DNA of 32,000 nt, taken from contig NZ_JBHSTI010000008.1 in assembly GCF_042660085.1 (NCBI RefSeq), positions 1,389,876 to 1,421,875 of the forward strand. Direction: 5' to 3'. Shown piece by piece: positions 25,574 through 32,000 of this stretch. Position 1 is the stretch's first letter; every line of letters begins with the position of its first letter. Both the position numbers and the translations under genes were made by a program. The DNA is from Longivirga aurantiaca (GTDB lineage: Bacteria; Actinomycetota; Actinomycetes; S36-B12; CAIYMF01). The notes beneath the pieces were generated by a model, which was given only the letters and a program-made list of their open reading frames with translations, was not told the DNA's origin and did not search any database.

Positions 25574-26674
25574 ATGCCGGGCCGCCGATCCGGGAGTCTG
25601 AGACACGTGCGGGCGCGACGTTCGACCATCACCACGGCAGCGACCGCCCTCGTGGCAGCGGCCCTCGTGCTCACGGGGTGCTCGGGCGGGGACCCCTCGG
25701 CGCCCGCGGCGAGCGGCTCCTCCTCGGGGTCGGCCGCCCCTACCCAGACCGCGGACACGGCCACGCCCGAGGCCACGCCCACCGACGGGATGCCCGCCGA
25801 CGCCTCGCCGCTGTCGGGCCGCGCCGGCGGCGCCGGCAAGCCGACGCTCATCGTCAAGTTCGACAACACCCCGAACGCCCAGCCCCACTCCGGTCTGAAG
25901 AAGGCCGACGTCGTCTACGTCGAGGAGGTCGAGTACGGCCTGACCCGCCTCGCGGCCGTGTTCGCCACCGACCTGCCGAAGACCGTCGGACCGGTGCGCA
26001 GCGCCCGGATCTCCGACCTCGACCTGTTCGCCAACTACGGCACCCCGGCGTTCGCCTACTCGGGCGCCCAGAAGAAGCTCAAGCCCTACATCGCGGCCAG
26101 CGCCCTGATCGACGTCAGCGGCGACAAGGGGCCCTACGGCTACTACCGCGACGGCAGCCGCCGGGCGCCGTACAACTTCATGGGCCAGCCGGACAAGCTC
26201 ATCGCCCGCGCCAAGACCGCCTCCGAGGCGCCGAGCATCGGCTTCACGTTCGCCAAGAGCGCCCCCGACGGCGGCAAGGCCGTGGCCAAGGTCACCGCGC
26301 AGTACCCGTCGTCGAGCGCGCAGTTCGTGTGGAACGTCAAGAGCGGCGGGTACGACGTCCGGCTCAACGGCAGGCCCGCTCGCGCCACCGAGGGCGGCAC
26401 GCAGCGCGCGACGACGGTCGTCGTCCAGTACGTGAAGCAGTACGACTCCGGCTTCGGCGACAAGTTCGGCGGGCGTACGCCGAAGGAGGAGACGATCGGC
26501 ACGGGCAAGGGCTGGGTCTTCCGCAACGGCAAGGCGTACAAGGTCACCTGGACGCGGGCCGGCAAGAAGGCTCCGACCACCTTCGTGGGCGCCGACGGCC
26601 AGGTCGTGCCGTTCGCGCCCGGCCAGGTCTGGGTGGTGCTCGTGAACAGGAGAACGCCCATCTCGATGGCCTAG
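25574..26674 (+). CDS. DUF3048 domain-containing lipoprotein
   Basis: Lipobox LVAAALVLTGC; KPTLIVKFDNTPNAQPHSGLKKADVVYVEEVEYGLTRLAAVFATDLPKTVGPVRSAR. Start ATG 25574 or GTG 25607. Confidence 0.9.
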   Translation: MPGRRSGSLRHVRARRSTITTAATALVAAALVLTGCSGGDPSAPAASGSSSGSAAPTQTADTATPEATPTDGMPADASPLSGRAGGAGKPTLIVKFDNTPNAQPHSGLKKADVVYVEEVEYGLTRLAAVFATDLPKTVGPVRSARISDLDLFANYGTPAFAYSGAQKKLKPYIAASALIDVSGDKGPYGYYRDGSRRAPYNFMGQPDKLIARAKTASEAPSIGFTFAKSAPDGGKAVAKVTAQYPSSSAQFVWNVKSGGYDVRLNGRPARATEGGTQRATTVVVQYVKQYDSGFGDKFGGRTPKEETIGTGKGWVFRNGKAYKVTWTRAGKKAPTTFVGADGQVVPFAPGQVWVVLVNRRTPISMA

Positions 26675-26751
26675 GCCGCACCCTCCAGGCCGGAGCGCCC
26701 CCTCCGGCGGCTGCTCCCGACGGGCCCGGAAGCGCCGATCGCCCGGGCCGG

Positions 26752-26757
26752 TATCCT
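26752..26757 (+). promoter_or_regulatory. Putative -10 (TATCCT) of pdxS
   Basis: TANNNT hexamer; predicted start of transcription ~26764 leaves a ~69-nt leader. Confidence 0.4.
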
Positions 26758-26832
26758 GAGCACCGGACGCCGATCCGGCGTCAGCCCAGACGGGCCCCGA
26801 CCGGGGCCGAACCCGACTGACCCGAGGTCCTC

Positions 26833-27741
26833 ATGTCCGTCCAGCCCGAGCCCACCGTCTCCGAGACCGGCACCGCCCGCGTGAAGCGCGGGATGGCCGA
26901 GATGCTCAAGGGCGGCGTCATCATGGACGTCGTCACGGCGGAGCAGGCCAAGATCGCCGAGGACGCCGGCGCGGTGGCCGTCATGGCCCTCGAGCGCGTC
27001 CCCGCCGACATCCGCGCCCAGGGCGGCGTCTCCCGGATGAGCGACCCCGACATGATCGACAGCATCATCGCGGCGGTCTCGATCCCGGTGATGGCCAAGG
27101 CCCGGATCGGGCACTTCGTCGAGGCGCAGGTGCTGCAGAGCCTCGGCGTCGACTACATCGACGAGTCCGAGGTCCTGACCCCGGCCGACTACGCCCACCA
27201 CATCGACAAGTGGCCCTTCACCGTGCCGTTCGTCTGCGGCGCCACCAACCTCGGCGAGGCGCTGCGCCGCCTCAACGAGGGCGCGGCGATGATCCGGTCC
27301 AAGGGCGAGGCAGGCACTGGCGACGTCTCCAACGCCACCAAGCACATGCGCACCATCCGTGCCGAGATCAACCGCCTCTCCTCGATGGCCGAGGACGAGC
27401 TGTACGTCGCGGCCAAGGAGCTGCAGGCGCCGTACGAGCTGGTCGTGGAGACCGCGCGCCTGGGCCGCCTGCCCGTCGTGATGTTCACCGCGGGCGGCAT
27501 CGCCACCCCGGCCGACGCGGCGATGATGATGCAGCTCGGCGCCGACGGCGTCTTCGTGGGCTCCGGCATCTTCAAGAGCGGCAACCCGGCCGAGCGCGCC
27601 AACGCGATCGTCCAGGCCACGCTGCACTACGACGACGCGTCGATCGTGGCCAAGGTGAGCCGCGGCCTCGGCGAGGCGATGGTCGGCATCAACGTGGCCG
27701 ACATCCCGGTGCACCACCGTCTCGAGGACCGTGGCTGGTGA
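26833..27741 (+). CDS. pdxS: Pyridoxal 5'-phosphate synthase lyase subunit PdxS
   Basis: [52 protein letters not shown] ... [14 protein letters not shown]. Confidence 0.99.
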   Translation: MSVQPEPTVSETGTARVKRGMAEMLKGGVIMDVVTAEQAKIAEDAGAVAVMALERVPADIRAQGGVSRMSDPDMIDSIIAAVSIPVMAKARIGHFVEAQVLQSLGVDYIDESEVLTPADYAHHIDKWPFTVPFVCGATNLGEALRRLNEGAAMIRSKGEAGTGDVSNATKHMRTIRAEINRLSSMAEDELYVAAKELQAPYELVVETARLGRLPVVMFTAGGIATPADAAMMMQLGADGVFVGSGIFKSGNPAERANAIVQATLHYDDASIVAKVSRGLGEAMVGINVADIPVHHRLEDRGW

Positions 27742-28361
27742 TCTCCGCTCCGACCGGGGCTGACGCCCTCGTCGGGGTCCTCGCCCTCCAGGGCGACTTC
27801 CGCGAGCACGAGCACGCCCTCGCTGCGTGCGGGGTCGCCACGCGGCGGATCCGCACCGTGGAGGACCTCGACGGGATCGACGCCCTCGTGGTGCCCGGCG
27901 GGGAGTCGACCACGATGAGCAACCTCGCGCTGCGCTGGGGGCTCATGGAGCCGCTGCGCGCCCTCGTGCGGGGCGGGCTCCCGGCGTACGGCTCGTGCGC
28001 CGGGATGATCATGCTCGCCGACCGGATCGAGGGCGGCCGCACCGACCAGGAGACGATCGGCGGCCTCGACGTCACCGTGCTCCGCAACGCCTTCGGGCGC
28101 CAGGTCGACTCCTTCGAGGCCGACCTCGACATCCCGGCGTTCGGCCCAGCGCCCATGCACGCGGTGTTCATCCGCGCCCCGTGGGTCGAGCGGGCCGGCG
28201 ACGCGGTCGAGGTGCTCGGTACGGTCCCGTCGGGCCCCGCCGCCGGTAAGATCGTGGCGGTCCGGCAGGGTCACCTGCTCGCGACCTCCTTCCACCCCGA
28301 GCTGACCGGGGACACCCGTGTGCACGAGTACTTCGTCGAGATGGTGAGAGAGCAGGCATGA
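27738..28361 (+). CDS. pdxT: Pyridoxal 5'-phosphate synthase glutaminase subunit PdxT
   Basis: [37 protein letters not shown], and [15 protein letters not shown]; GTG start overlapping pdxS stop. Confidence 0.98.
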   Translation: MISAPTGADALVGVLALQGDFREHEHALAACGVATRRIRTVEDLDGIDALVVPGGESTTMSNLALRWGLMEPLRALVRGGLPAYGSCAGMIMLADRIEGGRTDQETIGGLDVTVLRNAFGRQVDSFEADLDIPAFGPAPMHAVFIRAPWVERAGDAVEVLGTVPSGPAAGKIVAVRQGHLLATSFHPELTGDTRVHEYFVEMVREQA

Positions 28362-29110
28362 GCGGCCACTCCAAGTGGGCGACCACCAAGCACAAGAAAG
28401 CCGCGATCGACGCCAAGCGCGGCAAGCTGTTCGCCAAGATGATCAAGAACATCGAGGTGGCGGCGCGGACCGGCGGCGGCGACCCCGCGGCCAACCCGAC
28501 GCTCTACGACGCCATCTACAAGGCCAAGAAGAGCTCGGTCCCCAACGACAACATCGACCGCGCGGTCAAGCGCGGCTCGGGTGCCGAGGCGGGCGGCGCC
28601 GAGTACGCCACGATCATGTACGAGGGCTACGGCCCCAACGGCGTGGCGGTGCTCATCGAGTGCCTCACCGACAACCGCAACCGCGCGGCCGCCGAGGTGC
28701 GTGTCGCCATGACCCGCAACGGCGGCTCGATGGCGGACCCGGGCTCGGTCTCGTACCTCTTCTCGCGCCGCGGCGTGGTCATCGTGCCGAAGAACGGCCA
28801 GTCCGAGGACGACGTGCTCGCGGCCGTGCTCGACGCCGGTGCGGAGGAGGTCAACGACCTCGGGGAGTCGTTCGAGGTCGTCTCGGCCGCGTCCGACGTC
28901 GTGGCGGTCCGCACGGCGCTCGTGGACGCCGGCATCGACTACGAGTCGGCCGACACGCCCTTCCTGCCGAGCATGCAGGTGCCCCTCGACGAGGACGGCG
29001 CCCGCAAGATGTTCAGGCTCATCGACGCACTCGAGGACAGCGACGACGTCCAGAACGTCTTCGCCAACTTCGACGTGAGCGACGAGATCATGGAGTCGCT
29101 CGACGCCTGA
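28358..29110 (+). CDS. YebC/PmpR family DNA-binding regulatory protein
   Basis: [37 protein letters not shown]. Confidence 0.98.
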   Translation: MSGHSKWATTKHKKAAIDAKRGKLFAKMIKNIEVAARTGGGDPAANPTLYDAIYKAKKSSVPNDNIDRAVKRGSGAEAGGAEYATIMYEGYGPNGVAVLIECLTDNRNRAAAEVRVAMTRNGGSMADPGSVSYLFSRRGVVIVPKNGQSEDDVLAAVLDAGAEEVNDLGESFEVVSAASDVVAVRTALVDAGIDYESADTPFLPSMQVPLDEDGARKMFRLIDALEDSDDVQNVFANFDVSDEIMESLDA

Positions 29111-29147
29111 TCCGGCGTGGCGCGGCGGCACGTCGGGGGTTCGCGGG

Positions 29148-29153
29148 TACGAT
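29148..29153 (+). promoter_or_regulatory. Putative -10 (TACGAT) upstream of ruvC
   Basis: TANNNT hexamer directly abutting an SOS-box-like palindrome. Confidence 0.4.
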
Positions 29154-29154
29154 C

Positions 29155-29168
29155 CGAACACCTGTACG
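29155..29168. promoter_or_regulatory. Candidate LexA/SOS box
   Basis: CGAAC-ACCT-GTACG; one mismatch to CGAAC-N4-GTTCG, located 40 bp before ruvC. Confidence 0.55.
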
Positions 29169-29208
29169 GGCGGCGTGCCCGTGCTCCAGCGCCCCGGAGG
29201 GACGTCGC

Positions 29209-29805
29209 GTGCGCGTGCTCGGTGTCGACCCCGGCCTCACCCGCTGCGGCGTGGGCGTGGTCGACGGCGCGCCCGGGCGGCGGGTGAGCCTCGTGCGCGT
29301 GGAGGTCGTGCGCACCTCGGCCGACCTCGACCTCGCGAGCCGGCTGCTCGCGATCGAGCAGGGGATCGAGGCCATCCTCGACGCCACCCGTCCCGACGCG
29401 GTCGCGGTCGAGCGCGTCTTCGCCCAGCACAACGTCCGCACGGTGATGGGCACCGCCCAGGCAGGGGCTCTCGCGATCGCCGCCGCTGCCCGCCGCGGCA
29501 TCCCGGTCGCGCTGCACACGCCGAGCGAGGTCAAGGCCGCCGTCACCGGGCAGGGCCGGGCCGACAAGGACCAGGTCGCCCTCATGGTGATGCGACTCCT
29601 CGGGCTCGACGCCATGCCCAAGCCCGCCGACGCCTCCGACGCCCTGGCGCTGGCGATCTGCCACCTGTGGCGCGGGGACTCCTCGGCCCGCCTGGCGGCC
29701 GCGGCGGCTGCGGCGCCGAGGTCGCGCATCCCTTCGTCCGCCTCCGCAGCCCGTCCCGCCCCCGGCCGCCGCGTCGCCGTCGGCCCCGTACGGGGCGCCT
29801 CGTGA
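29209..29805 (+). CDS. ruvC: Crossover junction endodeoxyribonuclease RuvC
   Basis: [39 protein letters not shown], and [28 protein letters not shown]. Confidence 0.98.
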   Translation: MRVLGVDPGLTRCGVGVVDGAPGRRVSLVRVEVVRTSADLDLASRLLAIEQGIEAILDATRPDAVAVERVFAQHNVRTVMGTAQAGALAIAAAARRGIPVALHTPSEVKAAVTGQGRADKDQVALMVMRLLGLDAMPKPADASDALALAICHLWRGDSSARLAAAAAAAPRSRIPSSASAARPAPGRRVAVGPVRGAS

Positions 29806-30404
29806 TCGCCTTCGTGCGCGGCACCGTGGTGACCGTCGGCGCCGGCAGCGCGGTGCTCGACGTCTCCGGCGTCGGCTACGAGCTCCTGTGCACTCCCCGC
29901 ACGCTGGCCGAGCTGCGGGTCGGGCACGAGGCCACCCTCGCCGCGGCCATGGTCGTGCGCGAGGACTCCATGACCCTGTTCGGCTTCGGCGACGCCGACG
30001 AGCGGGCCGTGTTCGACAAGCTCCAGTCGGTCTCCGGCGTCGGCCCCCGCCTCGCCCAGGCGCTCCTGGCCGCGCACACGCCCGACTCCCTGCGGCTCGC
30101 GATCGCCACCGAGGACGTGAAGGCGCTCACCCGCGTCTCCGGCGTCGGGCAGAAGGGCGCCCAGCGGCTCGTGCTCGAGCTCAAGGACAAGCTCGGCGCG
30201 CCCACGGGCACCACCGTCGACCTCACCCCCGGCGCGCACGGCGGCCCGGCCTGGCAGGGCCCGGTGCACTCCGCCCTCGTCGGCCTCGGCTGGTCGGCCC
30301 GTGAGGCGGACGCCGCCGTGGCCGCGGTGGCAGAGGACGTCGCCCCCGACGCCGACGTCGCCACCGTGCTGCGCCTCGCCCTGCGCTCGCTGGACCGCGC
30401 ATGA
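29802..30404 (+). CDS. ruvA: Holliday junction DNA helicase subunit RuvA
   Basis: [10 protein letters not shown]...[31 protein letters not shown]...[20 protein letters not shown]. Confidence 0.98.
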   Translation: MIAFVRGTVVTVGAGSAVLDVSGVGYELLCTPRTLAELRVGHEATLAAAMVVREDSMTLFGFGDADERAVFDKLQSVSGVGPRLAQALLAAHTPDSLRLAIATEDVKALTRVSGVGQKGAQRLVLELKDKLGAPTGTTVDLTPGAHGGPAWQGPVHSALVGLGWSAREADAAVAAVAEDVAPDADVATVLRLALRSLDRA

Positions 30405-31489
30405 CCTACGACGACGGCTCGTACGACGCGTCGCACGACGACCGCCTGCTCGCACCCGAGGCGGGCTCGGAGGAGGCGGCGCTCGAGTCGGCCCTGCGGC
30501 CGCGGACGCTCGACACCTTCATCGGCCAGCAGCGGGTCAAGGACCAGCTCGGGCTCGTGCTCGAGGCGGCCACCGCCCGCGGGCGGGCCGCCGACCACGT
30601 GCTGCTCGCCGGGCCGCCCGGCCTCGGCAAGACCACGCTCTCGATGATCATCGCCGCCGAGCTGGGGATGCCGCTGCGCGTCACGAGCGGCCCGGCGCTG
30701 CAGCACGCCGGCGACCTCGCGGCGGTGCTGTCGAGCCTCGTGCCCGGCGAGGTGCTGTTCCTCGACGAGATCCACCGCATGTCCCGCGCCGCGGAGGAGA
30801 TGCTCTACCTCGCGATGGAGGACTTCCGGGTCGACGTCATCGTGGGGAAGGGCCCGGGCGCCACGGCCATCCCGCTCGAACTGCCGCCGTTCACCCTCGT
30901 CGGCGCCACCACCCGGGCGGGTCTGCTGCCGGGCCCGCTGCGCGACCGGTTCGGGTTCACCGCGCACATGGACTTCTACGACGCGTCCGACCTCGAGCTC
31001 ATCCTCGCCCGCAGCGCCGCGCTGCTCGACGTGCCGCTGGCCGCTGACGCCGCGGTCGAGATCGCCGGGCGCAGCCGGGGCACGCCCCGTGTGGCCAACC
31101 GCCTGCTGCGACGCGTCCGCGACTTCGCGCAGGTGCGGGCCGACGGCCATGTCGACCTCGAGGTCGCCCACGCGGCGCTCACGCTGTACGAGGTGGACGA
31201 GATCGGCCTCGACCGGCTCGACCGCGCCGTCCTCACCGCGCTGCTCACCAAGTTCGGCGGCGGGCCGGTGGGTCTGTCCACGCTCGCCGTCGCCGTGGGG
31301 GAGGAGTCCGAGACCGTCGAGACGGTGTGCGAGCCCTTCCTCGTGCGCGCCGGGCTGCTGGCCCGCACGCCGCGCGGCCGGATCGCCACCGCCGCCGCGT
31401 GGGGGCACCTCGGGCTGCGCGCACCGGCCGGATCGGCGGCCGCGCTGCTCCCGTTCGACGAGGACGAGGGCACGGCGCCGAGCGCTTAG
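30401..31489 (+). CDS. ruvB: Holliday junction DNA helicase subunit RuvB
   Basis: [48 protein letters not shown], and [20 protein letters not shown]. Confidence 0.99.
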   Translation: MTYDDGSYDASHDDRLLAPEAGSEEAALESALRPRTLDTFIGQQRVKDQLGLVLEAATARGRAADHVLLAGPPGLGKTTLSMIIAAELGMPLRVTSGPALQHAGDLAAVLSSLVPGEVLFLDEIHRMSRAAEEMLYLAMEDFRVDVIVGKGPGATAIPLELPPFTLVGATTRAGLLPGPLRDRFGFTAHMDFYDASDLELILARSAALLDVPLAADAAVEIAGRSRGTPRVANRLLRRVRDFAQVRADGHVDLEVAHAALTLYEVDEIGLDRLDRAVLTALLTKFGGGPVGLSTLAVAVGEESETVETVCEPFLVRAGLLARTPRGRIATAAAWGHLGLRAPAGSAAALLPFDEDEGTAPSA

Positions 31490-31542
31490 ACTCACCTGGA
31501 CGCGTCGGGACCCTCCGTCGCTCCGAGTGAAGGATCCCCGTC

Positions 31543-31881
31543 GTGCCGCAGAACATCAGCGCCCTGCTCCCGCTGCTCCTGATCGCCGCGGCGTTCTACT
31601 TCCTCATCCTGCGCCCGACCAGGGCCCGCCAGGCGGCCCAGCGCGAGACGGTGTCCAAGCTGGCCCCGGGCGTCCGGATCATGACGACGGCCGGGCTGTT
31701 CGGCACGGTCGAGGCCCTCGACGGCGACGACGTGCTGCTCGAGATCGCGCCGGGGGTCACCGTGCGCTACGTGGCCGCCGCGGTGGCCAAGGTGCTCGAC
31801 CCGGCCGCACCCGACGCCGTTGCGGGAACCCCGGAGGAGAGCCGCCCGTCGATCATCGAGGGCGACACGGCCGGCTCCTAG
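31543..31881 (+). CDS. yajC: Preprotein translocase subunit YajC
   Basis: LLPLLLIAAAFYFLILRPTRARQAAQRETVSKLAPGVRIMTTAGLFGTV; GTG start, located after ruvB as in other actinobacteria. Confidence 0.95.
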   Translation: MPQNISALLPLLLIAAAFYFLILRPTRARQAAQRETVSKLAPGVRIMTTAGLFGTVEALDGDDVLLEIAPGVTVRYVAAAVAKVLDPAAPDAVAGTPEESRPSIIEGDTAGS

Positions 31882-31892
31882 CCACCCGCGGT

Positions 31893-31909
31893 CCGGAGAA
31901 GCCCTCCGG
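31893..31909 (+). other. Hairpin between yajC and the next (out-of-window) gene
   Basis: CCGGAG-AAGCC-CTCCGG inverted repeat 12 nt past the yajC stop. Confidence 0.4.
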
Positions 31910-32000
31910 GTCGTCCATACTTCTCGGGCACGGGACCCTCGCGGGGCCTGTGCCCGCGCGGGTCCTCGTGGCCCGCACGGTCCACAGCGGCTCCGGCCGC

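Noticed and set aside
29876-31495. 539-aa minus-strand ORF
   Set aside because: Antisense to ruvA/ruvB, which have unmistakable motifs and correct codon bias.
1-32000. CRISPR array, prophage, transposase, toxin-antitoxin or restriction-modification genes
   Set aside because: Read both strands and the ORF track; no regularly spaced direct repeats, no DDE transposase/integrase motifs and no recognisable defence genes.

Overview
High-GC actinobacterial chromosomal window with the codon-position bias typical of Actinobacteria. It looks mostly housekeeping and densely coding. Left part (1-14 kb): a truncated GNAT acetyltransferase, ATP-dependent DNA ligase, RibD C-terminal-like reductase, a small Gly-rich membrane protein, PPK2, a YihY/BrkB protein, a MOSC protein, cytochrome P450, nitronate monooxygenase, a tRNA-Gly/Cys/Val cluster (minus strand), a ureohydrolase, PabB/PabC-like folate enzymes, GNAT, a DsbA-like protein and tryptophan 2,3-dioxygenase. 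Right part (14-32 kb): the classic conserved actinobacterial block ssgB-like / PGPGW membrane protein / tRNA-Val / thrS / HIT / pgsA / PI-mannoside acyltransferase / pimA-like / LemA-like / pdxS / pdxT / yebC / ruvC / ruvA / ruvB / yajC. Between the HIT gene and pgsA this block is interrupted by a DCC-family (DUF393) gene bracketed by a ~70-bp imperfect inverted repeat pair, plus an EF-G2-like gene in the opposite orientation. I found no convincing previously undescribed biological system (no CRISPR, toxin-antitoxin, phage defence or BGC core). The best leads are the inverted-repeat-bracketed DCC cassette, a near-consensus LexA/SOS-like box at ruvC, tandem hairpins in the pdxS 5' leader, a palindromic operator candidate ahead of the nitronate monooxygenase-P450 genes, and an apparently leaderless 31-aa membrane peptide missing from the ORF track. 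All product calls come from reading the sequences and recalling family motifs; no database search was run.
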